A stretch of DNA of 64,000 bases from Geosiphon pyriformis uo1 (taxonomy: Eukaryota; Fungi; Glomeromycota), in NCBI GenBank assembly GCA_016748015.1, contig JAAOMT010000602.1:199696-263695 (forward strand), written 5' to 3'. The notes beneath the pieces are model-generated. The model was not told the origin of the DNA and did not search any database. It saw nothing but the letters and a program-made list of their open reading frames with translations. Positions 1-12,721 of the stretch are shown here, piece by piece. The position numbers and the translations under genes were made by a program. The first letter of the stretch is position 1. Each line of letters begins with the position of its first letter.

Positions 1-4
1 TAAA

Positions 5-25
5 CCCCCCCCCCCCCCCCCCCCC
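5..25. repeat. poly-C homopolymer (21 nt)
   Basis: Run of C read directly, flanked by taaa on both sides. Confidence 0.95.
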
Positions 26-1831
26 TAAATTATTAGAAGCTAACTCGGCTTCGAAAAAGTTTTTTAAAATTATAAGAATGAGATTTGAATATATTTTATT
101 TTTAGTTTTTATTGACAAATTACTAAAAATAGTTGTATATACATATTCATAAAGCGATTATATATGTTTTAAATTAATTATGATAAAAGATAAAGATATC
201 TTTGACAACTTTTTAAGTTAGTTTTGCTCTTAAGAAATCTAAATCTTTGATTAACTAATTACGATTCAAAGTTGTAGAAAAAAAGAGATTTTCATGTTTC
301 CCAAGCATATTTCTGATCAAATATAGATCGGTCGAAAGCAAAGAACTTCAAGTTTAATAATCTTTAATATTTAATTATTTGGGAAAATATTTGTTCTGAT
401 GATGAGTTCACGATTCCTGGGTCAGAATTAATGAAAAAAAAAACATTTTAAAAATGCATATTAGACTTTTATAGGATTTTAGCAATTAGAACATTCCTCA
501 GATAACACAGGGAAATTAAATTTTTTATTTCATTTATGTAAATATTCCTTCGTTGGCAAATCTCTTTACAGAATAATTCTACGAAAACATTGTATTGCCT
601 AAGTTTAACATTCTTACGTACATTATCCCAATTTAATCAAATATTGATAATAGTTTGGTCAATAAATTAGAAATTAACTTTATTTCTCTCAGAATAAGGA
701 ATTGTTTATAATGAAGACAGAAATTTCTAAAGGATTATTTATTTAGTATAGATTTAATGGCTCTCTTGTATATCAACTCTTTGGAGGCTCATCGTTAATA
801 TAATAATTGTGGCAAAAATATTTTGAGATATTTCGATTTTTCCCGATTACCGATCTCCGTTAATCATGTGAAGGTTTACCATAGAAAGTGATATTCTTTG
901 TTTTTTCGCGTGCTTACACTTTAGATTAATTATTTCATGAAGAAACTTCCTGATAAACCTTTCGAAATCAGCATGTCGATTTTTTAATTGCATTTTTTGG
1001 AGTCGAAGAAACATATGGTGATAAATTTTCTGTATATGTTTAGACTAGTTTAGGAAATGTAAAAGGAAAATGATTTTCAGTATTTTAATAATGAAGGGAA
1101 AAACTTTGCAGTTTTAATTCCAACATTGATTCGAAAAAGAAGAAATTACAGTTGCTGAATCACATTTTTTTCAAAAAAGGTTTCTTACGTTCTAAGATTA
1201 GCTATCAGTAGATTTTTCTTCTTAATATCAAGTTCCCAACGCGAAATAATTAATTGATAAGGTCCTAACTTTAAAATTGCAAACTTTAACCGCTTTCGAT
1301 AGTCAGTCATGGAAATATCAAAGAAATCATGGAGGAAAAATTCTCTTTTAATTTGATTTTATCTTCACCTGCAACTCTCTTTATTCGAAGCACTTTCGAC
1401 CAAATACATTTGTTTCCTGAACTCCAAACCTTTTTTTTTAATAACATTTTCTCTTGAATTAAAGCTAAAATAAAGTAAAAAGACAGCGAGGAAAGGATTA
1501 AAATTTAGTAAAAAGACAAGTAGAATTGTTAGAGAGTTGTCTGTCCACTATATTTTGCAATCGATTTTTATAACGATGATAGTTGGTATTTTCAGAATCA
1601 AAAGGATCGTGAAACGGTATTATTTTTTTGTTATAGGTTGACTTTTTTCAAAAAACACTATCAAACCGTTGTCCTTTATTTGATATTCCACTGTAGTAGA
1701 CCATTTATTGTCTCTCCATAGAAATTTTCCTTTAACAATAATAAAGCCATTTCTAACGTCCTTCTAATCCAACTCTTAAATGTTCGGCTTGGGAACAGAG
1801 TTTACAGCTGATATGTTTCTTTTAGTTCAAG

Positions 1832-1862
1832 TTTCAGTCGATGAATTTTTCATCGACTGAAA
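1832..1862. repeat. perfect 14-bp inverted repeat (hairpin), possibly the end of a degenerate MITE extending to ~2590
   Basis: tttcagtcgatgaa-ttt-ttcatcgactgaaa. A related half-site, ttttcagtcaatgaaaatt, lies at ~2570-2588. Confidence 0.7.
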
Positions 1863-2630
1863 GGTAATTCTTTTTAATTATGAATATGATCATAATGTCA
1901 ATTTGTGAAGATTTTAAAGATTAAATATTTTTTTCGAGAAAAACTAGATTTTGAAAGAATAAAAGTTGCAACTAGAACTTTTTTTTAAAACTCTGCTTGA
2001 GATTTATTTTTATTTTTTATAATAATCTTTTGTAAAAAGGCTTTTAAATCATCCATTTTTTAATAAAGTTATTTTTAACTTTAAATAGTTTGTTAAATTG
2101 TATTTTCATATTTCAGGATTTAGTTTGTAATATTATAAAAGCAATATTATTTGGAACAGTTGGATCAAAGATTATTGTGTATTGTGTTTAGAATGCTTGA
2201 AAATAGCATAGTATTTTATAAGTTTTAATAATCTATTTACAATCCTGAAATATTTTTGACAATTTAATAAATTTTGAATTTATTAAGAAATCTATTTTTA
2301 CCTTTGCATAAGAATTAATATATTTCAACAAAAAACCATTATTTTTTATATTTATATTATAAATGAAAAAAAAAACTTTTAAATGTTTATTCAATTACAA
2401 TGATCAAGAAATAAATATATTATAACATAATTAATAATTTAAAAAAAAACCAAATAATAATATATATATTGTTAAAGTTTATACATTTTTAAAAAATTGA
2501 ATAAATAAGTTTTTGGTTTCAGTTTTTTAAATTTTTCTATCCTTTTTTAACCTAAAAATTATTTTATGCTTTTCAGTCAATGAAAATTTTTAAAAGAAAA
2601 TATTTTAAGAAAATTATCATAATATATGTA

Positions 2631-2631
<1 letters not shown>

Positions 2632-2661
<30 letters not shown>

Positions 2662-2671
2662 TTTATGTATG
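2632..2671. repeat. (TATG)n microsatellite
   Basis: About 10 tandem tatg units with one mismatch. Confidence 0.9.
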
Positions 2672-3931
2672 ATATTGGACAAATAATTTGACCCCATATT
2701 AAATGGAATTAATAGCTTTCAAATATTTAGATTTGAATAAATGCATTTTCACATATAATGAATTAATATATATTTAGAATTTCAGATTATAATTTTTTTT
2801 GGTACTTTGAAAATTTTTAAAATGATGTACATTTTTTTCAAAAAAAAAGCCTTTTTTGATTCGGAAAATTTTTATTTTCAAAGTATTGTGTGTATAATGA
2901 ACGGTTAATCAATTTTTTTAGAAATTTTTTGTGTGAAGCTTTGTCCAAATATCTTTTAAGATCGGTTAATTGAATCAAAAACATATCGATGAGGAATGAA
3001 CTAATTTTTTATAAATATTTGAATATTTAAAGTGGAAATCTTTGTTTTTCTGTTTATATCTCCATTCATGCTTTTACTATTTACTCACTTTTGAAATGAT
3101 ATATTTTTGGAATAATACAAAGACGTAGAATCAACCAGAATCAGAAATCTTATGTCATGAGTATGATTTCATTTTCGAAAGTTGACTTTTTTTAATATTA
3201 ATTTTTTTTAGGAGATTTTTGCTTATCTAAAAAAAACCATTAGAAAAAACCTCTTTTTTGTTGGGAGTAAAATTATTCCTCCCCCCAAGGCCCTAATGAA
3301 TCGGTGTTTCAGCATCTAACTTTCTTATTAAAAATGTTTTTTTAATAAAGTGATAAACTGTTTTTTACATAAAGCAACTTTAGAAATGATTTTGATGATC
3401 ATTTCTGGGAGTTGTATTTAAAAAAAAAATCAATATTTCATTTGTGAGTTTGGTAAACAGATTGAGATTCATCGCATCCAATATATTAGCATACGATGCC
3501 AGTTTAAAAAATTTCGATAATCCTTTCAACCAAGCTTTCCATAAGCTTTTTTTATCGATCTCCAGTGTGCATATTTTTAACGTCGGAAATTAAAAGAAGC
3601 AAAGCCTCCATTGCATCAATACCTTTTCTTGGATACGTAAACAAAGAATGTGCAATGTATCTCAAACGCTGTGGCATTATCTCATTTTGTTAATCGTAAA
3701 TGGAAAGGTAAAAATAGGAACACACATAAATGGTTACAACACTTTTGAATTCATGTATATAACGAAGGGGTATTCAGTAGTATCAATCAATTTATTTTGT
3801 ATTTATGATAATTTAATTTGCAGTTTTCGCCAATAATTGGGATAAAAAAGCTTCTTTCTTTTAATTTCAAAATATAAATTTCTTTAAAAAAAATAAAATA
3901 AAATAAATTTTTTTTATTCAAAATTTCAAAA

Positions 3932-4495
3932 ATGCCATCGGTAACACTGGACCAACTAAATTCAAAATGCGATTTTTACCCCAAAATCATGAAGATACCA
4001 AACATCATAATTACTCATTATCCTGTGTGTGAGAAAAACCTCAACTTTCAAACTTCCACAGGTTCTATGACACAACGATCACCACCACTAATACGAAGTA
4101 ACCCTTCACGTCCACTAAAACGAAGTAAATCACCAGATGAATGTCTTAATCCAATAAAACCAAAGAAAAAACCCACAATACCACCACAAAATCTTCTAAA
4201 ATACTACGAACCAATTCTTGACAAAAGAGTCTTGTCATTGCGTGGTCAAGTCCAACAATTACATTTGAAAACACCATCCGGACTTTTTCAAACAAAAGAC
4301 AAATTCTGGCATTTTCAAATAAAGGGGAAAACCACAACTTATATTCGTTATGGTAAAATTTTAGAAGATGGCAGTTTTAAGGAACGAGCCGAACAAGTAC
4401 AACTACATCAATATCCAAATGATGCGAGACAATTTGTGGAACGCTTGATTGATGAGAAACTCAAGGCAGGATATGTTGAAAAAGCTCTGTGGTGA
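3932..4495 (+). CDS. stand-alone WGR-like domain protein, copy 1 (low-complexity basic N-terminus, C-terminal WGR-like domain)
   Basis: Intronless 187-aa ORF. C-terminus KFWHFQIKG..TYIRYGKI...A..F..LIDEKLKAGY fits the WGR pattern (KFW...WG[RK]IG...A......K..KGY). Confidence 0.75.
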   Translation: MPSVTLDQLNSKCDFYPKIMKIPNIIITHYPVCEKNLNFQTSTGSMTQRSPPLIRSNPSRPLKRSKSPDECLNPIKPKKKPTIPPQNLLKYYEPILDKRVLSLRGQVQQLHLKTPSGLFQTKDKFWHFQIKGKTTTYIRYGKILEDGSFKERAEQVQLHQYPNDARQFVERLIDEKLKAGYVEKALW

Positions 4496-5502
4496 TAAGA
4501 AATTTCTTAGAGACATGATATGAAAATGACAATTTAACAAATTTGATATCATGAATAGTGTTGCTAAAACATTTTCCAAAAGTGTAAATCCTAATTATGT
4601 AAAATGTCATTTAGCTATTTTATCACAAAATCAATTAGACAAATGGTTAAAAAAGTATTGTTGTCATGCAGCGTACAAAATTATAATGGGATCTCATTCA
4701 CACGCCAAAAAGCTATTAAAAAAATATAAGTAAAAGATTAAATGACAATAAACAAGTTTCCCAATATAGAATTTTAAAAAAAATCTGATTACATCTAATT
4801 GAAAAACATCGTTGTTTTCTTCAAGATAAATAGGGAATCGTCTTTTCACTCTAACGACCCCGATTAAAAGCGGTTTATTTGTAAATGCTTATCCAAAGAG
4901 TTCAGTGATCACCTTATGCATGGATTATCAATCATGAGAACAACCTCATGAATTGCTTCTCAGTTGAGCTAGCAAGTAAAGTTAAACTGCTGATGAAAAC
5001 TTTCGTGCCTATTGACATTTAGTGTAAGGCCAAATTCCCACCAGCCGATTATTGACCAGTTATGACTGCTAAACATTACCGAATGTAAAATTCTGAACCC
5101 TACTGAAACTTTGTTTTTTACACGATCACACTTTCCTGTTATTCACTGTATTCAGTTTGAATAAACAAATCAGCTAGGGCTCAATACCTTCCAGGGATCC
5201 TGCTTTGTCATTGGATGCCAAAGAAATAAATTATGGTGGGTAGGCCAAACAAAGTTCCCCGTTGGTATATTTGTAGCTGATCGAATCGGAAATTAACGGT
5301 TCTTTTGCACGGGGTGTCAAGTATTTACTGTTTTGCAGAATTTCGCCTATAATGTCTCGAGGCTTAGATGATGGAGCCATGATTTAAAAATTCAAGAGAA
5401 TTTGTTATAAAATGAAACCCTGAACCTCTGTGAACTTTATAGGCAATTTTTAAAAGAAAATTCACTTTTTTCTCTGTTAAAATCCCAAGCTAAGAGACAA
5501 AA

Positions 5503-6030
5503 ATGCCAAGTCGAATCCTCATCAGACAAAATTCGGATTTACCAAGTTGTTCTACAAAAACAAAAGCGATTAGTTCAACCTCCAGCCAAGACAATAATTT
5601 TCTAACTGTTCCAAAATCACAACCTTACCGAATTTCCAGGACACAGTCAAGTCCATCCTTGCAAAATCTTAAACCTCGTAACCATAGCAGCTCGTCAACA
5701 ACTGATTTCAACCCGACAAGAAGTTCACAAAATAAAATTCTACCGAAACGTGAACAAAAGAAATACTCAAGAAAACCAGACCATGAACCAAACAGACTTT
5801 CCAAACAAACGTCTTTGTCAGGTCTTTTAAAGACACATTCGCGATTTTGGCGATTTAGGATCCAGGAAGGTACAGTAACATTTGTGAGTTATGGATCTAT
5901 CCTTAAGGACGGAAGTCTCAAAGAACGAGCGGAACAGGTCCAGCGCCATCAGTGTGCCGCCGACGCGAGATCTTTTATTCAGAGATTGACTGACATCAAG
6001 TTGAAGGCGGGATATATTGACTGTGTATAA
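5503..6030 (+). CDS. stand-alone WGR-like domain protein, copy 2
   Basis: Intronless 175-aa ORF with a Ser-rich N-terminus. C-terminus RFWRFRIQE..TFVSYGSILKDGSLKERAEQ...KLKAGY aligns with copy 1. Confidence 0.75.
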   Translation: MPSRILIRQNSDLPSCSTKTKAISSTSSQDNNFLTVPKSQPYRISRTQSSPSLQNLKPRNHSSSSTTDFNPTRSSQNKILPKREQKKYSRKPDHEPNRLSKQTSLSGLLKTHSRFWRFRIQEGTVTFVSYGSILKDGSLKERAEQVQRHQCAADARSFIQRLTDIKLKAGYIDCV

Positions 6031-6379
6031 TTTAGCAAAATTAGTTCAGTCAATTTCTTCAGTTCTGTATCATAAACGGCAAATACTGCACATTGTACAA
6101 ATTCAATTCTTTAAATTAGGGAACGTATACTCAAACTCGCTGCATGCTATTGTATATAGCTTTGAACCAATACTCCATTAGTTTTTTCCACAATAAAAAG
6201 TTGTCAAAATTAGTAAGTCATATTTTCATGCTAAATTGCCAAAAACAATATACAAGAGTATCTATGACGTATTAAATGCGTCATTCGGCATTAAAGTGCA
6301 CGAATCAGATGAAGTTCATTTATCGTACCAAAGCGGCTTGTACTTAACTTTTTTCTTTTCCGTAAGCTTAAATTTACAT

Positions 6380-6840
6380 ATGTCTTGTGAGGTAATTTTG
6401 GGTTTTTGATGAAATTGAAATCATAAGTAACCTGATAAACCATGCGAATCTATTCATTACTATCCTCATTTAGAAGAAACGACAGCAAGAAAAATTTCAT
6501 GAAGGTGAACATGTTCAATGGCGTATGTACAAGGGTTATACATAACAGATAACATTTATGAATGGAACAAATTTTAAAATAAGGTGCCGGTGGTATCACA
6601 GAAGGTTATGCAGAAAGAAAATTGACAAGTGACACCAAAATTACGGAAAATTTCACCGCAAAGGCTACCCCAGCAAATCCCAAATATTTAGTGAAAAGTG
6701 AAAAGACTGGTAAAGAGGTATTCATCAATACTTTTCACAATTTACTGGGTCTGACAACTGAATTAGGTTCGAATTTAACGGTAATGTATATATACTTATA
6801 GGCCGCCCACAAACCTGAGACATTACATAAATTAGAATGA
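6380..6840 (+). CDS. HVA1 / DUF2945 (hypervirulence-associated TUDOR-like) small protein, 4 exons
   Basis: Hand-spliced with GT-AG introns (exons ~6380-6391, 6474-6522, 6584-6717, 6802-6840): MSCEKKRQQEKFHEGEHVQWRAGGITEGYAERKLTSDTKITENFTAKATPANPKYLVKSEKTGKEAAHKPETLHKLE*. The GxxVxW, ATxxxPxYLVKSxKTGK and AAHKPExL motifs are typical of the family. Confidence 0.8.
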
Positions 6841-7849
6841 GTGCCGGGTATTAATTCTTTCCAGCTTTTTTTTTCATGTGGGAATAATTATTTTAATAAT
6901 AGATTTTTATAGCACAACTGTTCTTTCTAAATTTTCTTACATACAAAACTTATATTTTTCATTTTTTTTTGACCAAGTTTTGAACAATTGAAAAATAATT
7001 TTTTTTTATTCAACTATTTTGCTTGGCAAAATTAAACACACAAATCAAATTAAGTTTTTATTTTATTTAAACAATTTATTAAAGCTCTTTAATTTAAATT
7101 AAAAAATAGTATTTAGATTGTGTAACAATTTCAAAATTATTTGATTTTGAAATTTTAAAAAAATTCTTTAATTCTTTTATTTTAAATAATGATAAAGATT
7201 GATTATAATAATAATATGTTTTTGACCATAATTATTTTTATTAATTTAAAATTTGTTTTTATAAATAAATATCCACCTTTCTTGATTCTTAACATAATAT
7301 TTTATATATTAAACCAGAAAAATACAAAATATAAATATTTTTAAAAAAACTTCAAATTAAATAGAAATTTTTTTTTTAAATTATATTATATTTAAAAATA
7401 AGAAAATCATTTATTTATTGAATATTTAATAAATAAATACTATTTAACTACAAGTATTTTAAGTCAAATGTAAAAATATTGAAAAAATGATATAATTTTA
7501 AAAAAAAAATTATTTTAATTTTAAAGAATTTTATAAAATCGAAAACGTTCTTTTTAATTGGCATAAAACAAATATAAGTGTTTAATAAAAATAATTTTCA
7601 TAACCTAATACCTTAATGGAAATATTACTTTGCTCAAATTTTTACCATTGTGAAATAAAAAAGGTTAAAACTATGAAAAAATAAATATTAGATTATAAAA
7701 TAGAGTTTAAACAAATAGTATTATAATCAGACTTCTTTGAATAATTAAGAATAAGTATAAATTAGAAACTAGAACAGAATTTTTAATGGTAATAATTTGA
7801 TCCATCAAAGATTATAGATATTTCTTTAATCGTATTTCAACGTTTATTT

Positions 7850-8200
7850 TGATCAATCACTAAAACATCAATTACTGACCCTTATTTATCAGATGCCTCA
7901 CCTCCATGATTTTGCAGTTCTTAACCTGCACCAACATTATAATTTTATCATGGAAAAATTCATTGAAAACGCTAATTTAACAATACAAGTATTTGGTTGA
8001 GAAAATAAACCAATACAAGACCAACATAATAAAATAAATTGTCAAGAAAGACAATACAGCAAGTTTATTTCATAACTTTCTTACAAAAGATTTTAATGAG
8101 TATGAGAATTTTTCAAAGTTTGTTAATCAATTTCATTGGGAAAAAGCCTTGGACCAAATGGATAAGTTGCTTTGTACATTAAGTATTATCAAGGCCAATA
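7850..8200 (+). mobile_element. possible degenerate LINE reverse transcriptase fragment
   Basis: SISLGKSLGPNG at ~8128-8163 resembles the non-LTR RT motif K[SA]PGPDG. Surrounding frames are broken. Confidence 0.3.
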
Positions 8201-8493
8201 TTTTTTGCATTTTTAATCTTTTTTTCTGCAAGGAGCCAAGAAAATCATGATGCATATAAAAAATTTATAACTCACTAGCAAGTTTTTGTTCATTTTATGA
8301 ATTGAGATTTTCGAATTCTATATATTCTCCTTTTTTACTATTTCGTAGAAAAATGAAGGGAAAATTTTGAACTTAAACTCTCTGGAAAGTCAATTTTATT
8401 TGCTTAAGTGTTTTGAGCTATTAAGAGTACCCAAGATTGTCCACTCAAAACAAAATTTTATTCTGCCGAAATAATAAGATCTAATTTATCATA

Positions 8494-9072
8494 ATGAATT
8501 CATCATTCAATTTTACTAAAACAAATATATTTACCCAAGACTTCCAAGAGCAGCTTCGAATTTCAAAAGTGGAACGATCAAAAACCAATTTCAATGAAGC
8601 CTTAAAGGAAATCAAACTATTAACTACCCCATCGGGAGAACACAACAAAGTCGCAAATTTCTCTCCACAGTACGACAAATTCTTCGACTGCTCTCAAACT
8701 TTCTTTTCAAAAAAAAATTCCTCAACCCTAACTCAAACTGCTTCTGGTTTCATTTCACATCCAACTTTATATCAACCGAAGCTACCTTTAAATTCCCAAA
8801 AAATGTCAAAACTCAGCTACACCACATTTACAGCTCAACCCGATATTCATGCAGAAGCTTCAATAGGGTCAAATGATCTCATGAAAGACGTAATACTTCG
8901 CATTATTACTTGGTCTCTTTTGATGGCAGTGATGCTGGAATCGATGGTATTGCTTTATTTGCAAAAATCCTTTCTCTCCGGGGTTGTCTGGGCTTCTGGA
9001 TTGATTGGTGTTAGTTGGTTTAGTGTTTATGATAAAAAACAACGTGAGATTGCAAGAAAGTTTTTTCAATAG
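8494..9072 (+). CDS. hypothetical protein with two C-terminal hydrophobic (TM) segments
   Basis: 192-aa ATG ORF. Hydrophobic stretches IITWSLLMAVMLESMVLLYL and FLSGVVWASGLIGVSWFSVY. Confidence 0.6.
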   Translation: MNSSFNFTKTNIFTQDFQEQLRISKVERSKTNFNEALKEIKLLTTPSGEHNKVANFSPQYDKFFDCSQTFFSKKNSSTLTQTASGFISHPTLYQPKLPLNSQKMSKLSYTTFTAQPDIHAEASIGSNDLMKDVILRIITWSLLMAVMLESMVLLYLQKSFLSGVVWASGLIGVSWFSVYDKKQREIARKFFQ

Positions 9073-9566
9073 AAAAAAATCTTCTTTAAAAGATGACTAT
9101 AGAGAATTCATGTTGGTGAGGAGATTAAAAAATGTCAAGATTAAATGATCTATTAGTAGAAGCATAAATTAACTAAATGCAGCGATAAAAATGTACAATC
9201 CTTTTGTAAAATTAGCAAAAATTGGACTTTTTGTATTACAAGTACAATTGAAAGAATATCACATCGAAGAGACATGGTTATTTTTAAAAATTTTTTATGT
9301 AATTGAGTAGATGGTGCTAATATATTAATAGAATCATCAATTATTGAAAATTTAATCTTGTAATAATTTAGTAAAAGACGACGCATCTCGTATTTCTAAA
9401 AAAACTTGTCATGAAAATCGTAGATTTCTATTCTACAAGTTCAAATAGTTTCATGTTAAGATTTAAAATAGCGTTTGGCCTTGGATAGTTACTCAATTTA
9501 TTAGCTTGCTTTCATTGCTCAATCGTTCTTCCATTTCGAATTTTTGGTCTCAGAAAAAATTATCCT

Positions 9567-11179
9567 TCAAGCTTTTCTAGAGGCATTACATTGCTTCATT
9601 ACAACTCCAAAGTATGGGCCATCATGGGCCGGTCCATTCTTATCTGCCACCACCGAATTAGCACAAGCCTAATTAATTGAATATGAATTTTTAAAATCGA
9701 GTCGAACAGTGATTGCCATGAAATTGATTATATGAAAATCTGGGAAATTTTAAAAACCCGATTCAAAAAATACCTCATTCTCTCGATCATCCACTATGGG
9801 ACATTCATAAACGGGTCCCTTTGGTCCTACAATCCAATATTCAGTTCCATGATGCATATAACCATCTTTCATTGAAGGAACATGTGCAGTTGAGTCATTG
9901 CCGTAAACCACTCGATAAATTTGAAACTTTTCGTCCATTTGGTTATTCACATATTGTGCGAATTCACGATTTCCGAGGCGAGATTGACCATAGGTGTAAA
10001 TAGATATACCTTTTTTGGGTGAATCTCTTTTCAACTCCAGGCCTACGAGTACCGCATATGCTACAAGATGGAATTATTTAAAGATTCACTCCCAAAGTCT
10101 TTCTGATAAAAAATCGGAAAATTTGAAGGGATCTTACCACCACCAGCATCATGTCCCGTAAGAACTAAATTAATATTTGTCCTGTCTATCAATTTTTTTA
10201 TAAATGGAATAATACCCCCATATAAAAACCCACTATCCTTGATTGCCTCCCAATATCCTCTATGAATTTTTGCATTTTTCGCGTAAATATAATCAATCAA
10301 TTTAGTTCGTCCCGCTGTTCGGCTATCAGGACCAAGGTCAGAACCTCGAAAACTCACAATCAGAGTTTTCTCTTGCGCATTTAATCCCACTATTGAGACT
10401 ATATTTCAAAAGAAATTAAAGTTTCTAATGTTTTTTCGAGAGTATTCAAGAAAATTAAGCCTATAAGTCAACTCGTTAAAAAAAATACCTTTAATTTCTG
10501 GTGTGAAATCTATTGTTTCATGAGGAAAGCAATATGGTAAATTAGCGTACGATGCGTGGATAGTAAGTTGGAGGACAACTTCATCGGTCAAATTCTTTTT
10601 TAAATCATTGAATTGGGTTCCCTCGGTTTTTTCTGTTCTAGGCTTCCTTATTATATTGTTGAAGATGTCTAAAAGTCCTGAGTATAGAAATTGCGTGTCA
10701 TTCTGATTTGCGGAAGGTTGTTGGTACGCGCCCTGTGGAATCTTTGACAGAAAAATTGAATTTGGATCTGTTGCTGCCGGGAAGTCGAATGTATTTTGCA
10801 AAGGGTATTTAACAGGCTTGTTTTCCTCTAACATAATTTGCCCATCATTTAATCCAATTTTTTCACTTTCAAATATTGAATACGGAGAAATAAACGGTGA
10901 TTTTTCTTCGAAATTAAAAGTCTCTTCTTTTTCTGAATTACTAATAAAACCATTTTCGCTAGGAACTCCAGCGATTTGATCTATGTTTTCGTTAGCGTTA
11001 GGTAGAGAAAAGGGAGACTCTTCATATAAATCAGAATCAAGTTTTTCCACGTAATAAGGTGGCTCCTTTAAAGTATCATCCCTTTGTATTTCCAAATTCT
11101 CGACTGGTATAGCCAATACACTTTTGCTCGATACAATGAAGCTCAAAAATATTATCAACGTATTTTTATGAAATATCAT
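9567..11179 (-). CDS. secreted class 3 lipase-like protein (Lipase_3) with catalytic Ser replaced by Asp (GHDAGG); 4 exons
   Basis: Signal peptide MIFHKNTLIIFLSFIVSSKSVLA and a long pro-region. Motifs IVSFRGS, KIHRGYW, LTGHDAGG/AYA, YTYGQSRLGN, RVVYGNDSTAHVP, YMHHGTEYWI. Last exon ACANSVV...AHDGPYFGVVMKQC..KA*. GT-AG introns. Confidence 0.85.
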
Positions 11180-12524
11180 AGTTTTTGTGTGAACTTGGTT
11201 CAAAGAATATTTTCAGAGGTTTCAAATGTAATCTTTTATAAGAAATCTCAATTTTTTGAATTATTTAGCAAATATTTTGATCTTGTTTGAAAATTCTTCC
11301 CATGCCAACTTCTCCACCGGCTAATCACGGGAACCTTTGAAGATTTTACTAAAATGGTTGTTGCAAATAGGAATAATCGGAATAAAATTTAAAAACTGAT
11401 CAAAATATTTTGGTTTGAGAGAATGTCGATGTTTTAAAAAAGTAATTTAAATGAGGCGTGATTTAATGATACTGAAGTTTTAAAATATTCGCGTTAAAAT
11501 TAAGCTTGATTCTCACAATTAAATTTTTTCCTTTTTAATTCTGTACTTCATTGAATTTTTGATCCATACATATTAATGAAATTATCAAAAAGTAATCGAT
11601 TGATTTATAAATCATTTCAGCACTTATTAACTTGAATTCAAATTTTTTGAAATAATTGTTATCATTTTAAAAAACTATATTTTAATTAATTTATCTTCAA
11701 AGACGAATCTTTTAAAATTTTTCAAATTTATTTTACTTATTAAAATTATATTTAGCTAAGCTTATTTTAATATCAAAATTAATGAATAAATTTCACAAAA
11801 TTTTAATCATTCATTGTCAAATTTATAAACGTTAACTGTTGTATTACCAATAAATTGTACCAAAACCAAATCCTGAAATATAAACCGAATTTTATTAAAA
11901 ATACTGTATATTATTCATTTTTCTCTGCAAATTTTCACTTTTTGACAGAATCGCTCTTGAATTTCTGCAACTTGTCGATACAGATTAAATGAGAAATTTG
12001 GGATAAGATATTTTTTGAGAAATTACTTTAGCGATGAAGATTTCAAGGATATCTTGAGGGAAATAAATCCCATTCTGAATTCGACACATTTCCTTATCTC
12101 TTACCGCTTATTTTTAATATTCTTATCGTGATAGTCCCGCTGAAATTTGCATTTTTGAGAAAATTGCCTTAAAAGTATCTTATTTCGGAATCAAAGGCAA
12201 TGCCACTAATACTTTGTGTTAACAGTTATAAAAAATAGGTACGGAAATTGCTGAGACAATTTCGATTGTTCATCAAGTGGGATTTTTAAGATTTGCTTGA
12301 GAATATTAGCCAAGTTGGGTTTTTGTAAACTATAAATTATTGAAGGGAAAACTTTTAATAAGATCTTTGTCTCTTGGGAGGCTATAGTACTTTCAAAATA
12401 TGATTATCTAGAACTATCGCGAATCTAAACGAAAGCTGCGAAATCCAAGAAATTAATTGGGCCTTATAAAATGGTTACATTAAAATATAGAGTCAAAATA
12501 TTTCTCTTTAAGAGATTAAAAATA

Positions 12525-12595
12525 TGCGTACGCCGGGAATCGAACCCAGGTCTACCGCGTGGCAGGCGGTAATTATACCACTAAACCACATACGC
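12525..12595 (-). tRNA. tRNA-Gly (anticodon GCC)
   Basis: Reverse complement GCGTATGTGGTTTAGTGGTATAATTACCGCCTGCCACGCGGTAGACCTGGGTTCGATTCCCGGCGTACGCA folds as a cloverleaf. Anticodon loop CT-GCC-AC, T-loop GTTCGATTC. Confidence 0.95.
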
Positions 12596-12721
12596 TGTTT
12601 TTCTTAGGAAAAGAAAAGATTTTACATAAAAAAATCACTTGATAATTGCTTATCAAACAACCAGATTTGATCTTGATACTGAAAAATAAATATCTAGCAA
12701 TTCTTGATATCACCCCCCTGT

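Noticed and set aside
1-30. telomere repeat at the window start
   Set aside because: A single poly-C run, not tandem TTAGGG/CCCTAA units.
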